Positions 40,610 through 51,161 of a stretch of DNA of 64,000 bases are shown here, one piece after another. Position 1 is the stretch's first letter; every line of letters begins with the position of its first letter. The notes below the pieces were generated by a model, which saw nothing but the letters and a program-made list of their open reading frames with translations, ran no database searches and was not told where the DNA came from. The position numbers and the translations under genes were made by a program. This DNA comes from Longimicrobiales bacterium (GTDB taxonomy: Bacteria; Gemmatimonadota; Gemmatimonadetes; Longimicrobiales; Gaopeijiaceae), in NCBI GenBank assembly GCA_965226375.1, contig CBDDCX010000008.1:640001-704000 (forward strand), written 5' to 3'.

Positions 40610-40638
40610 GGGCGATGTCTGACTCCCTCCGCCACGCG

Positions 40639-41799
40639 CTACTGAAATCGACTTGGCGAGAACGGCGCCAAATCCTCCGCGGGTCGCCGGCCGAGCACCG
40701 CGTCCGCGACGAGCCGTGCGGAGAGCGGGCCAAGAGTGTAGCCGGCATCCCCTGGAATCGCCACGAACGCACCGGGGATGCCGTCGATCGGGCCGAGTAT
40801 ACCGACGCCGTCGGTCGTGGTGTTGATGCCCGCCCAGGTGCGGATGATCCGAAGCGGACCGATTGCGGGCACGATGTGCCGCGCGAGCGAGGTATTGCCG
40901 ACGATGCTGGACAGTCGAACCGCAACGTAGTTCTCGGAGGGGGACAGCTCCGCCGGCCACCCGCCCCCGATCACGACATGACCGCTCGAGAGCTGCTTGA
41001 TCGTGACCATGCGATCGGCATGCTGAACGAGATGGCCGATGAACGGCTCCGTCGGCTCGGTGATGTTCACGTGTAGTGGCTCGGCCTCTACGGGTAGCCT
41101 GATGCCGAGTCCCTCCCCCAGAATCCGTGACCCGGCGCCCGCAGCGATGACGACGGCTGCTGCGCTGATGGTGCCGAGCGGCGTGTCGAGCCTGAAACGC
41201 CGGCCATCACGAGTGACCCGATCGACAGGCGTTTCGCCGATGAAGGTGACCCCGACCCCTCGAGCCCAAAGCCGCAGTGCCGTATTCGTCCGGAGCGGAT
41301 CGAGCCGGCCCTCGTTCGAGCACAGCTCGACGCCGACGACCGCCGGACCGAGGTAGGGAGCGATCTGTTCGAGGTCGGGCTGCTCGATGATCCTCGCGTC
41401 GATCCCAAGAGCCCGCTCGCGCTCGGCCTTTTGGGCAAGGAAGTCGAGCTGTTCACGGCTCTCCGCGACCATCAGCCCGCCGGAGATCTCGAGCTCGAAA
41501 TCGGCGCCCACATGACGCTGCAGTTCGAGCCAGAAGTCGATCGCCTTCGGGTACAGGTGGAGGCCCGATTCCAAGACCGGGACCTGATCGGGGTAGAGGC
41601 GCATGAACCGGCTCTGCATCTGCACGTGAAGACTGCCCGCGTTGGTGGTCGTGCCGTCAAGGCGGCCTGAATCGATGATGGCCACCTCGCGATCCTCCTC
41701 GGCGAGGAATCCGGCGACACACAGCCCAAGGATGCCACCGCCCACCACCACCGTTTCGATGTCGCGCGGGAGTGCGTTGTTCGGGGTGGGCGGAGGCAC
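40639..41799 (-). CDS. FAD-dependent oxidoreductase beta subunit (copy 2)
   Basis: VVGGGILG, TTNAGSLHVQ, IRTWAG, GYTLGP; TAGTG overlap with the upstream gene. Confidence 0.88.
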   Translation of the reverse strand: MPPPTPNNALPRDIETVVVGGGILGLCVAGFLAEEDREVAIIDSGRLDGTTTNAGSLHVQMQSRFMRLYPDQVPVLESGLHLYPKAIDFWLELQRHVGADFELEISGGLMVAESREQLDFLAQKAERERALGIDARIIEQPDLEQIAPYLGPAVVGVELCSNEGRLDPLRTNTALRLWARGVGVTFIGETPVDRVTRDGRRFRLDTPLGTISAAAVVIAAGAGSRILGEGLGIRLPVEAEPLHVNITEPTEPFIGHLVQHADRMVTIKQLSSGHVVIGGGWPAELSPSENYVAVRLSSIVGNTSLARHIVPAIGPLRIIRTWAGINTTTDGVGILGPIDGIPGAFVAIPGDAGYTLGPLSARLVADAVLGRRPAEDLAPFSPSRFQ

Positions 41800-43472
41800 T
41801 AGTCGTCTAGGGGGTTGGCGAGATCTTCTATCGGAACCGGTTTCACTGGGATCCTGGGGGCGAAGCCTGAATACTCGTCTCGTGCGCGGCCGGTACGCTC
41901 GGCCAGGAAGTCCTCGAGCGCCGGCCCGCAGTACCGCGCCTGGCAACGCCCCATCCCGATCCGGGTCCGCTGCTTTATCTCACCCGGCGAGGTCGCTCCC
42001 TCGGCCAGTGCCGCTTCGACTTGGCCATACGATACCTCCTCGCAGCGGCAGATCACCGTGTCACCGGTGGGCTGCGGCTGCAGGGATTCCTCCATTCGAT
42101 ACATCCGCCAGAGCGCCTTCTGAAAGCGGCCGTGACGCGCGGCGTTCGTCTCGGCCTGCGCCTCCAGGCGAGCGGCCTCGGCCGAGAGCGGGCGGTCCAG
42201 GGCTCGGGCGGCGGCGAACCCCGCGAGGGTCCCCTCGGCCAGCCCGACCCGCGCCCCTCCGAGCCTGGTGCAGTCGCCGAGGGCCCAGACGCCGGCCACG
42301 CTGGTCGCGCCCTGTGCGGTGCGTACGGTTACGAGTCGGCGTTGCCCGGGATCGAACGCATGTGAACATCCGAGCGCCCGCAGTAGTTCATTCGAGGGAT
42401 GGAACCCGTAGCCGAGACATACGACATCCGACCTGAGCTCGGCGGCTTCGCGCCCCTCGATCGTCGCCAGCAGACCGCCCGAGTCGTGTCTGACCGACGT
42501 CAGAACCGATCCGTTCATCAACCGCACGCCGGCACGGCGGCACCTCGAGAGATAGCGCACTCCATCGGCCACTAGGCCGGGTGCATTCGCGAGCATGGTC
42601 GCGATCTCCTTCACCCGGCGTGGGCCCACACCCGGCGCCGCCTCGACCACGGCAACGACCTCGGCTCCGCCCGCGACGAGCTCCGCGGCGAGTTGGAGAT
42701 TGAGCGGCCCGTTGCCGGCGATCAGTACGCGTCTCCCGGGCAGGCGGCGAGCGGTACGCCACATGGTTTGCGCCGCCCCTGTTGTCATGACTCCGGGAAG
42801 GGTCCATCCAGGCACCGGCCAGCCTCGATCGTATGCACCGGTTGCGACGATCGCCGTGCGGGGCAGCACACGAACGGTGCTCCCACTGATCGTCGCCGCG
42901 AACTCCAACGGCGGGAAAGCTCCCCAGACCAACGCGTTCGATAGCACGGTCACACCGGAAGCGAGGACATCGTCGATCAGTTGCTGCCCCTCGCGATGTT
43001 GCGCGTCGGGCGGGACGACGTCGGCAGCGGAGCACTGCTTGAAGTACTGGCCGCCCGGCGCCGATCCCTCGTCGAGCAGGAGCACCTCGGCCCCGGCGAG
43101 CCGGGCGGCATAAGCGGCGGCGAGCCCTCCCGGTCCGGCGCCACCCACTAACACGTCCGGGCGCTTGATCGGGATCTCTTCGATCGTGATCGGGGGGCGA
43201 CCCTGAACCACGTCGACTGCGGGCGGGGCACGCCCACTCGCTTCGCGCCTGACCTTCATGGGTCGGTCGACCTTCAGCGTGCAGGCACGTTGGTTCGGCC
43301 GTCCGTCGACTTCGACCAAGCAATCCTGGCACACACCCATGCCGCAGAAAACACCGCGTTCGGCACCACCTTCGGTTGTGCGAAACGAACGGATGCCGTG
43401 AGCCGTGAGCGTTGCCGCGAGACTCTCGCCCGGGTGGGCCTCGAGGGTCTCACCCTCGAATTCGATCTTCAG
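41799..43472 (-). CDS. Fused 2Fe-2S + FAD/NAD oxidoreductase + BFD-like domain (copy 2), probable CTG start
   Basis: In-frame extension [22 protein letters not shown]...[12 protein letters not shown] upstream of ATG 43340; [24 protein letters not shown]. Confidence 0.87.
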   Translation of the reverse strand: MKIEFEGETLEAHPGESLAATLTAHGIRSFRTTEGGAERGVFCGMGVCQDCLVEVDGRPNQRACTLKVDRPMKVRREASGRAPPAVDVVQGRPPITIEEIPIKRPDVLVGGAGPGGLAAAYAARLAGAEVLLLDEGSAPGGQYFKQCSAADVVPPDAQHREGQQLIDDVLASGVTVLSNALVWGAFPPLEFAATISGSTVRVLPRTAIVATGAYDRGWPVPGWTLPGVMTTGAAQTMWRTARRLPGRRVLIAGNGPLNLQLAAELVAGGAEVVAVVEAAPGVGPRRVKEIATMLANAPGLVADGVRYLSRCRRAGVRLMNGSVLTSVRHDSGGLLATIEGREAAELRSDVVCLGYGFHPSNELLRALGCSHAFDPGQRRLVTVRTAQGATSVAGVWALGDCTRLGGARVGLAEGTLAGFAAARALDRPLSAEAARLEAQAETNAARHGRFQKALWRMYRMEESLQPQPTGDTVICRCEEVSYGQVEAALAEGATSPGEIKQRTRIGMGRCQARYCGPALEDFLAERTGRARDEYSGFAPRIPVKPVPIEDLANPLDD

Positions 43473-43573
43473 CGTCAGGTCTCCTTGCGCGCGATGATGG
43501 CCATCCGGAGATTCCGCAGGCCAAAGTCACCGTACGCCGGATAATCGGCAATATGAGCGCCAGGAGCTCGCCC

Positions 43574-44965
43574 ATGTCCTCCCTGTCGGAGCTGGATCGG
43601 CGGTACCTCTTCCACCCGATGACCGCGCTCGCCACCCACGAGCAGTGCGGGCCGGTTCCGGTCATCGTCAAGGGCGAGGGAGTGTGGCTGGAGGATGCCG
43701 AGGGGCGGCGATACCTCGATGCCATGGCGGGCCTCTGGTGCGTCAACGTCGGCTACGGGCGGAGGGAGATTGCCGAGGCGTTGGAGCATCAAGCGAGCAC
43801 GCTGTCGTACTGCCACACGTTCTCCGGCGTGTCGTCCGACCAGGCGATTCTGCTTGCCGAGCGGCTCATCGAGATGGCGCCCGTGCCCATGTCCAAGGTG
43901 TTCTTCGGCAACTCGGGCTCCGATGCCAACGACAGCGCGGTCAAGCTCGTCTGGTACTACCAGAATGTCCGCGACAAGCCGGAAAAGAAGAAGATCATCG
44001 CCCGCGAGCGCGGCTACCACGGCGTCACGATCGTGTCGGGGAGCCTGACCGGGCTGCACGCCCCGCACGCGGGGTTCGACCTTCCGCTGCCGTTCGTGAA
44101 ACACACCACCGCACCACGACCGCTGTGGGAGGGCGCGGGACTCACCGATGCGGAATTCGTCGGCAAGCTCGTGGATGATCTCGAGCAGCTCATTCGGGCG
44201 GAGGGTCCGGAAACGATCGCTGCCATGATCGTCGAGCCTGTGATGGGCGCGGGCGGAGTGATCGTACCCCCCGAGGGATATTATCCGGCTATCCAGGAGG
44301 TGCTCGCTCGCCACGACATTCTGCTGATCGCCGACGAGGTGATCACCGGATTCGGGCGCTTGGGCCGCCCCTTCGGGACGGAAGTGTGCGGCCTCGAGCC
44401 CGACCTGATCATCCTGGCCAAGGGCGTCACCTCTGGGTACACGCCGCTATCGGGCTGCATGGTATCGGAGACTCTCTGGCGAACGATCGTCGCGGGGGAG
44501 CAGCGATTCGGTGTGTTCGGTCACGGATTCACCTACACGGCGCATCCCGGTCCCGCGGCCGCCGCGCTCGCGAACCTGGACCTGATCGAGAGGGACCAGC
44601 TCGTCGCACAGGCTGCATCGCGCGGTGCCTATCAGCAAGAGCGCCTCGTGGACGCCTTCGGGGATCACCCGCTCGTGGGCGACATAAGGGGGGTGGGACT
44701 CATGAGCGGAGTGGAGTTCGTCGCGCGCCGCCAACCGGCCGTCGCGTTCGACCCGTCCTTGAAGGTGGCCGCGCGCATCGTCAAGGAAGCCTTTCAGCGG
44801 GGTGTCATCGGGCGGGCGCTGCCCCAGACCGACACGATCTCCTTCTCGCCGCCGTTCATCATCTCCGAAGAAGAGATCGACACGGCGGTGAAAGCTTTCC
44901 GTGAGGCGACCGACGTCGTGGCGCAGCAGCTCGTGGACGAGGGGACCTGGCGGCCCGAGGCGTGA
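43574..44965 (+). CDS. Class III PLP aminotransferase (omega-amino acid/putrescine-pyruvate type)
   Basis: [53 protein letters not shown] after AGGAG. Confidence 0.93.
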   Translation: MSSLSELDRRYLFHPMTALATHEQCGPVPVIVKGEGVWLEDAEGRRYLDAMAGLWCVNVGYGRREIAEALEHQASTLSYCHTFSGVSSDQAILLAERLIEMAPVPMSKVFFGNSGSDANDSAVKLVWYYQNVRDKPEKKKIIARERGYHGVTIVSGSLTGLHAPHAGFDLPLPFVKHTTAPRPLWEGAGLTDAEFVGKLVDDLEQLIRAEGPETIAAMIVEPVMGAGGVIVPPEGYYPAIQEVLARHDILLIADEVITGFGRLGRPFGTEVCGLEPDLIILAKGVTSGYTPLSGCMVSETLWRTIVAGEQRFGVFGHGFTYTAHPGPAAAALANLDLIERDQLVAQAASRGAYQQERLVDAFGDHPLVGDIRGVGLMSGVEFVARRQPAVAFDPSLKVAARIVKEAFQRGVIGRALPQTDTISFSPPFIISEEEIDTAVKAFREATDVVAQQLVDEGTWRPEA

Positions 44966-44966
44966 G

Positions 44967-45677
44967 GTGATCAACAAAGAGGTAGCCAGCGTAGAGGCGG
45001 CGGTCGCGGACGTCTTCAACGGTGCGACGGTAATGATCGGGGGCTTCGGCGAGGCGGGCAGCCCGGTCGAGCTCATCCATGCGCTCATCGACCAGGGGGC
45101 CACGGACCTGACCGTCGTAAACAACAACACCGGCAACGGCGAGGTCGGTCTGGCCGCCCTGATCAGAGCCGGGCGCGTATCGAAGATGATCTGTTCGCAC
45201 CCGCGCTCCACGAACTCGACGGTGTTCCCCGACCTGTACCGAAGTGGCCATACCGCGCTGGAACTGGTCCCGCAGGGCACGCTGGCCGAACGGATCAGGG
45301 CTGGTGGCGCCGGCATTCCGGCCTTCTACACGCCGACCGCCATGGGCACTCCCCTGGGGGAAGGAATGGAGCGCCGAAGCTTCCATGGTCGGGACTACCT
45401 GTTGGCGTACGGTTTGACGGCCGACTTCGCGCTGATCAAAGGACGGTCGGCGGATCGTCATGGCAACGTCGTCTACAACAAGACGGCCCGGAACTTCGGT
45501 CCCCTCATGGCCACGGCGGCGGCGATGACCATCGTGCAAGCGTCCTCGGTCGTTCCGGTCGGCGAACTCGACCCCGAGGCCATCATCACGCCGGGCATTT
45601 TCGTGAACCGTGTGGTCGCTGTCGCCGACCCCGCGCACGAGTCCGTCCTCGTCGCTGAAGGACTGTCGTACCCGTGA
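44967..45677 (+). CDS. 3-oxoacid CoA-transferase subunit A (PcaI-like)
   Basis: VMIGGFG, VNNNTG, PQGTLAERIRAGGAGIPAFYT, TARNFGP. Confidence 0.92.
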   Translation: MINKEVASVEAAVADVFNGATVMIGGFGEAGSPVELIHALIDQGATDLTVVNNNTGNGEVGLAALIRAGRVSKMICSHPRSTNSTVFPDLYRSGHTALELVPQGTLAERIRAGGAGIPAFYTPTAMGTPLGEGMERRSFHGRDYLLAYGLTADFALIKGRSADRHGNVVYNKTARNFGPLMATAAAMTIVQASSVVPVGELDPEAIITPGIFVNRVVAVADPAHESVLVAEGLSYP

Positions 45678-46336
45678 GTGAGCGAAGCGCTCGCGTTGGC
45701 CTCACACGAGATGAAATGGCGCAGCGCTGCGCTCTCGACATTCGCGACGCCTCGTACGTCAATCTCGGTATCGGCATCCCCGAGGGGGTCGCAGCGCACG
45801 TGCCGAAGGGTCGCGAGGTGATCTTCCACACCGAGAACGGACTGCTCGGAATGGGGCCTCCGCCGGATGCTGGTGCGGGCGACCCTGAGCTGATCAACGC
45901 GGGCAAGCGCCAGGTGACGGCCAATCCTGGGGCGGCGTATTTCCACCACGCGGACAGCTTCTCCATGATCCGCGGCGGACATCTCGACTTGTGTGTCCTC
46001 GGTGCGATGCAGGTCTCTGCATCAGGCGACCTGGCGAACTGGTCGACGGGTGTACCGGATGCCATTCCCGCCGTGGGAGGCGCGATGGACCTCGTGGCCG
46101 GTGTGGAGACGATCTACGTCATCACCCAGCACACCACCCGCGGCGGTGATGCCAAGCTCGTTGAATTATGCAGCTATCCGCTTACCGGAGTCGGCGTCGT
46201 CGATCGTATCTACACCGATCTTGCCGTCATCGACGTGGTCGAGGAGGGTTTTCGGATCGTCGAGCTGAGCCCCGGAGTGACCTTCGAGTACGTGCGGGAA
46301 CGAACAGCGGCGCCGCTGATTCCGGGGGGTGAATGA
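45674..46336 (+). CDS. 3-oxoacid CoA-transferase subunit B (PcaJ-like)
   Basis: YVNLGIGIP, TENG catalytic Glu, VGGAMDL. Confidence 0.92.
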   Translation: MSERSARVGLTRDEMAQRCALDIRDASYVNLGIGIPEGVAAHVPKGREVIFHTENGLLGMGPPPDAGAGDPELINAGKRQVTANPGAAYFHHADSFSMIRGGHLDLCVLGAMQVSASGDLANWSTGVPDAIPAVGGAMDLVAGVETIYVITQHTTRGGDAKLVELCSYPLTGVGVVDRIYTDLAVIDVVEEGFRIVELSPGVTFEYVRERTAAPLIPGGE

Positions 46337-47832
46337 AGCGGCCGGCAGGGGGCATCCTTTTCTTGTGGACTGCGGCGGCGATGCTCATGCTGACCGGAGC
46401 CACGCTGGCCGGTGGCGCGGACATCGCTCCGGGTGAAGCGTCCGCTGTTGCGCTAAGTGACGTAGGGACCACGTCCCCCCTACAGATTTCGGCGATCGGC
46501 CGGGATCTGAACACTCCGTTGGTGGACCGAGCTCGATCCCTGCTCGGTCTGCTCGTCCTCGGGCTCATCGCCTGGCTGCTCAGCAACGACCGTAGGTCCG
46601 TTCCGTGGCGGGTCGTGGCCTGGGGGATGGCGCTCCAGCTGCTCTTTGCCGTCTTCATTCTCAAGACCCCGGTCGGGGGCGTCGTTTTCGACGGCCTGAA
46701 CGCGGTCGTGATGGCCCTTCTCGGGTTCACCCTGGACGGGGCCCGCTTCATCTTCGGGAATCTGGTCTGGGACAACCTGCCGGTGGGAACGGGATCCACC
46801 GGCACGGTGGGACAGGGTGCGTTCCAGGCTGCCGATGGGCAGGTGGCAAACACCGGAGCACTCATCGCGTTCAACGTGCTCCCCACGATCATCTTCATCT
46901 CCTCGCTGATGACGGTGCTGTATCACCTGGGGATCATGCAGGTGGTCGTGAAGGGCTTCGCCTGGATCATGCAGCGGACCATGCGTACATCGGGAGCCGA
47001 AACGCTGTCGGCGGCCGGGAACATCTTCGTGGGGATGACCGAGGCGCCCCTTCTGATCAAACCGTTCATCGAACGGATGACTCAGTCGGAGATCATGGCG
47101 GTCATGACCGGGGGCTTCGCGACGGTGGCGGGTGGAGTGCTGGCCGCGTACGTGGGAATGCTGGTCGCGTTTTTCCCGGACATCGCGGGGCATCTCATGG
47201 CGGCGTCCGTCATGTCTGCCCCGGCGGCACTCATGGTGGCGAAGCTCATGCATCCGGAGACGGAAGAGCCCGAGACATCGGGCACTCTGGAGCTGAGGGT
47301 GGACCGTCCGGATCCGAACGTCATCGGAGCGGCCGCGAGGGGCGCGTCCGAAGGACTCCACCTCGCGTTGAACGTCGGTGCGATGCTCCTCGCCTTCGTG
47401 GCCCTCGTGTTCATGTTCGATGGTATTCTCGGGTGGCTCGGGGGATTGGTAGGACTGGGTGGTCTGTCTCTGCAGCTCGTTCTCGGATGGCTGTTCTCTC
47501 CGATCGCGTGGCTCATGGGCGTCGCGTGGGTGGATGCTGCGGAGGTCGGAGCTCTTCTAGGCATGCGCACCGCGCTGAACGAGTTCTTCGCCTACCTACA
47601 GCTCGCTGCCACGCTCGGACAGGGGTCCGACTTGCAGCCCCGATCGATCATCATCGCCACGTACGCGCTGTCCGGCTTCGCCAACTTCGCGTCCATCGCC
47701 ATCCAGATCGGCGGAATCGGGGGGATCGGTCCGTCTCGTAAAGACGATGTGGCCCGACTCGGGCTGCGCGCCATGATCGGGGGCACGATCGCCGCGTTCA
47801 TGACGGCGGCTGTGGTGGGGATGCTGCTGTGA
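46333..47832 (+). CDS. nupC: Concentrative nucleoside transporter (NupC/CNT family)
   Basis: VLPTIIF, NIFVGMTEAP, GGFATVAG, NEFFAY, GFANFASIAIQIGG. Confidence 0.92.
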   Translation: MKRPAGGILFLWTAAAMLMLTGATLAGGADIAPGEASAVALSDVGTTSPLQISAIGRDLNTPLVDRARSLLGLLVLGLIAWLLSNDRRSVPWRVVAWGMALQLLFAVFILKTPVGGVVFDGLNAVVMALLGFTLDGARFIFGNLVWDNLPVGTGSTGTVGQGAFQAADGQVANTGALIAFNVLPTIIFISSLMTVLYHLGIMQVVVKGFAWIMQRTMRTSGAETLSAAGNIFVGMTEAPLLIKPFIERMTQSEIMAVMTGGFATVAGGVLAAYVGMLVAFFPDIAGHLMAASVMSAPAALMVAKLMHPETEEPETSGTLELRVDRPDPNVIGAAARGASEGLHLALNVGAMLLAFVALVFMFDGILGWLGGLVGLGGLSLQLVLGWLFSPIAWLMGVAWVDAAEVGALLGMRTALNEFFAYLQLAATLGQGSDLQPRSIIIATYALSGFANFASIAIQIGGIGGIGPSRKDDVARLGLRAMIGGTIAAFMTAAVVGMLL

Positions 47833-48668
47833 GTGGCGTTGGGGAATTCGGACCCGCCGCGGTGGAGCAGGCGGCAGAGGTGCTGCGCGAACGGATCCAG
47901 GGTGATCCCGAGGTGCTCGTGGTATTGGGCTCGGGGTTGGCCGGCCTTTCCGATCTCCTCGAGGAGCCGGTGACGGTAGAGTTCAGTGAGGTGTCCGGCT
48001 TTCCTGCCACGTCGGTGGCCGGGCACTCGGGCCGGTACGTATTCGGCCTCCTGGAAGGGAAGGGGACGCTGGTTCAGATCGGGCGCTTCCATGCCTACGA
48101 AGGTCATCCGATGGACGTGGTCGTGGCGCCCATCCGGGTTGCATCAGCGCTCGGGATCGACACGATGGTCGTCACCAACGCTACGGGGGGACTGCATCCC
48201 GAGCTGTCGCCCGGCACGCTGGTTCTTCTGGATGACCACATCAACCTGATGTATCGCAGTCCGCTGGCGGGGTCGGTCCGCGATGGCGAGGAGCGCTTTC
48301 CGGACATGAGCCGGCCGTTCGATCCCGCGCTGCAGGAGTTGGCCGTTGCCGCGGCGCTCGAGTTCGGCATCCCTCTTCCGCGTGGGACGTATGCAGGAAT
48401 GTTGGGGCCCAGCTATGAGACTCCCGCCGAGGTTCGCATGCTCGCGTCACTCGGAGCTGACGTGGTTGGGATGTCCACGGTTCCGGAGGTGATCACGGCA
48501 CGAGCGTTGGGGATACGGGTGCTGGGGTTCTCTGTGGTCACGAACCCGGGGGCCGGGGTGGTCGGGGGTGGAGAGACGCTGAGCCATGCCGAGGTGTTGG
48601 AGATGGGGGAGGGGGCGGCTGATCGGTTGGGGGGAATCTTGCGCGGTGTTTTTCGGGCGCTGGAGTGA
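47829..48668 (+). CDS. Purine-nucleoside phosphorylase (trimeric PunA/XapA type)
   Basis: VLGSGL, GRFHAYEG, GPSYETPAE, VGMSTVPE. Confidence 0.95.
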   Translation: MSGVGEFGPAAVEQAAEVLRERIQGDPEVLVVLGSGLAGLSDLLEEPVTVEFSEVSGFPATSVAGHSGRYVFGLLEGKGTLVQIGRFHAYEGHPMDVVVAPIRVASALGIDTMVVTNATGGLHPELSPGTLVLLDDHINLMYRSPLAGSVRDGEERFPDMSRPFDPALQELAVAAALEFGIPLPRGTYAGMLGPSYETPAEVRMLASLGADVVGMSTVPEVITARALGIRVLGFSVVTNPGAGVVGGGETLSHAEVLEMGEGAADRLGGILRGVFRALE

Positions 48669-48691
48669 TTGGATTCGGTCGGTGAGCCGCT

Positions 48692-49498
48692 TCAGTCCGT
48701 AGGTCGAGCCGGCACGAAGTGGTTGATCGGACCATGCCCGGCTCCCAGCCCCGGCGCTGCCTCAAGGGCGCGGACTACGTAGTCTATGGCTGCGTCGGTG
48801 GCGTCCATGAGCGGCAGCCCCAGGGCCAGCCCGGCGGCTAACGCGGCCGAGAGCGTACAGCCGGTACCATGGCCCGCCGTGGTATGGATCCGAGGGCGGG
48901 ACCAGACTTGATGACCTTCGGCGGTTACCAGAACGTCCACCACTTCATCCCCTTCCAGGTGCCCACCCTTGATGAGGGCGGCGCGGGCGCCCATTTCGAG
49001 CAGGTCCCGCCCTGCGGTCTCCAGGTCGTCGGGACTCTCGAGCGAGCGCCCGGTCAGGATGCGAGCTTCCTGCAGGTTGGGTGTCACAACGGTGGCCAGC
49101 GGGATCAGGTCGTCCCGGATCTCGTCCACCGCACCGTCGTCCAGAAGCCGATGCCCACTGGTGGACACCATCACCGGGTCGAGCACGTAGTTGTCCAGGC
49201 CGTGGCCGCGGATACGCTCAGCCACGGTCGCCACCAGGGCGGCCGTACCGAGCATGCCGGACTTCACGGCCACTGGTTCTAGATCGCCGACCACCGCGTC
49301 GATCTGGGCCCGTACCACGTCCGCCGGAATGCCGTGCACGGCCTCGACCCCGAGTGTGTTCTGGGCCGTGATGGCGGTGACGGCGCTACAGCCGAAGACA
49401 CCGAACGCATGGAAGGTCTTGAGGTCCGCCTGTATTCCGGCACCGCCACCGCTGTCACTTCCGGCGATTGTGAGGGCTACGACAGGTGGGTTATCCAT
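48692..49498 (-). CDS. thiD: Hydroxymethylpyrimidine/phosphomethylpyrimidine kinase
   Basis: [35 protein letters not shown]. Confidence 0.96.
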   Translation of the reverse strand: MDNPPVVALTIAGSDSGGGAGIQADLKTFHAFGVFGCSAVTAITAQNTLGVEAVHGIPADVVRAQIDAVVGDLEPVAVKSGMLGTAALVATVAERIRGHGLDNYVLDPVMVSTSGHRLLDDGAVDEIRDDLIPLATVVTPNLQEARILTGRSLESPDDLETAGRDLLEMGARAALIKGGHLEGDEVVDVLVTAEGHQVWSRPRIHTTAGHGTGCTLSAALAAGLALGLPLMDATDAAIDYVVRALEAAPGLGAGHGPINHFVPARPTD

Positions 49499-49556
49499 AG
49501 AGTCCAGGAAAGTGAGGGTCGCCCTTCGTTTCTGACACCCCTCCGAGGCCAATCTA

Positions 49557-50345
49557 GTGTCGCCCAGCAAGAACAAGATACTCCTCATCGAGCGCCTGAA
49601 GACTCGAAAGGGTCGTCCCCGAGAGGGGCTCGTCCTGGTCGAGGGCGTGCGGTGCGTGAGGGAGGCGCTCGCCGCTGGGGTGCCGGTCCGATTCGTGATT
49701 CGGTCCCGGAGGCTGCTCCAAACGGAGCCCGGCCGGGCCCTCGCGGCCGCTGTCTCGGAGCGGGGAGGGCCCGTGGACGAGGTGGACGACGCCGACCTGG
49801 ATGGCATGGCGGACACCGAGCATCCACAGGGAGTTCTTCTCGTTTGTGAGGAACCGAAGTGGGAACTCACGGCCCCTCCCACTCCGTCCGGTGGCCCCAT
49901 CTTGCTTCTCGATGCGATCCAGGATCCCGGCAACCTCGGCACGCTCATCCGGGCAGCCAGAGCGTTTGGGGTCTCGACCGTAGTGGCGCTCGACGGGTCG
50001 GTGGATCCCTGGAACGCCAAAGCCGTGAGGGCTTCGGCCGGAGCCTGCTTCCATCTGGACGTAGTGCGGTCTCCGTGGGCCGCAGTGGGCCCCTGGCTTG
50101 AAGGCCGGAAGGTGCGGCTTCTGGCCGCCGATCCCGGCGGAGGCGATGTTAGCGAGACAGAGCCGACCGCCCCATGGGCGTTGGCAGTCGGGAACGAAGG
50201 GGCCGGGCTTCGACCCGAGATCGTGGCGGCGGCTCAGGCCAAAATCGCCATCCCGATGGGGTCGGGTGCGGACTCGTTGAACGCCGGAGTGGCGGGCTCG
50301 ATTCTGCTCTACGTCCTCACAACACACGGAAGTGACGCTCCTTGA
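49557..50345 (+). CDS. TrmH/SpoU-family RNA methyltransferase
   Basis: IQDPGNLGTLIR, VGNEGAGL, IPM...SLNAGVA. Confidence 0.93.
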   Translation: MSPSKNKILLIERLKTRKGRPREGLVLVEGVRCVREALAAGVPVRFVIRSRRLLQTEPGRALAAAVSERGGPVDEVDDADLDGMADTEHPQGVLLVCEEPKWELTAPPTPSGGPILLLDAIQDPGNLGTLIRAARAFGVSTVVALDGSVDPWNAKAVRASAGACFHLDVVRSPWAAVGPWLEGRKVRLLAADPGGGDVSETEPTAPWALAVGNEGAGLRPEIVAAAQAKIAIPMGSGADSLNAGVAGSILLYVLTTHGSDAP

Positions 50346-51133
50346 TCGACATCTTGATCGACCCTTTGATCGTCGCAGTGATCGCCGGGGCCTTCGGGCT
50401 CACCATCGGATCGTTCTTGAACGTGTGCACCCTGCGTTGGCCCCAGGACGAATCCGTCGTCTTCCCGGGCTCGCACTGCACATCCTGCGGTGCCGACATC
50501 CATTGGTACGACAACGTTCCGGTCCTGAGCTACCTGATCCTGAGGGGCCGTTGTCGCGCGTGTAAGGAGCCTTATTCCATCCAGTACCCGCTGGTAGAGT
50601 TCGCCACGGGACTCGTCTGGGCCGGGGTCTTCGCTTATGGAGGACTCTCGGGCGAAGCGTTCCGCGGGGCCGTCTTCCTGACCATGCTCTTCGGGATCTC
50701 TCTGAGTGACGCTCGTTTCTACATCATTCCGGATCAGTTTTCACTGGGGGGGTTGGTCGTCGGCCTCACCCTCTCGTTCGTTCCGGGTGGGCTGACGTGG
50801 GTTGAGGCTGTGGTGGGTGCCGTAGTCGGCTTCGCCGTTCTGAAAGGTGTCGCGATCGCGGGCAAGTGGATGTTCAAAAAGGACGCCATGGGCGGTGGCG
50901 ACGTGAAGATGATGGCGATGATTGGTGCGTTCCTGGGGTGGCAGGGGGTGCTCCTGACCATCTTCCTGGGGTCGCTTCTGGGCTCGGTGATCTTCGGGCC
51001 CATCTCGTATAAGACAGGTAACCTGGTGCCGTTCGGGATTTTCCTGGCGGCGGGTGCCGCGGTGACCTACGGCTGGGGGAATGACATCATCGAGTGGTAC
51101 GTGACTACGGTGCTGGAGATGCCGGCGCGGTAG
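50342..51133 (+). CDS. pilD: Prepilin peptidase
   Basis: GSFLNV, SHCTSC...CRAC, MGGGDVKM, VPFGIFL. Confidence 0.93.
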   Translation: MIDILIDPLIVAVIAGAFGLTIGSFLNVCTLRWPQDESVVFPGSHCTSCGADIHWYDNVPVLSYLILRGRCRACKEPYSIQYPLVEFATGLVWAGVFAYGGLSGEAFRGAVFLTMLFGISLSDARFYIIPDQFSLGGLVVGLTLSFVPGGLTWVEAVVGAVVGFAVLKGVAIAGKWMFKKDAMGGGDVKMMAMIGAFLGWQGVLLTIFLGSLLGSVIFGPISYKTGNLVPFGIFLAAGAAVTYGWGNDIIEWYVTTVLEMPAR

Positions 51134-51161
51134 GGGATGCGCCAGCCACGGACCTGACGGT

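Noticed and set aside
49499..49556. TPP riboswitch before thiD
   Set aside because: Only a 58-bp divergent gap, without TPP consensus
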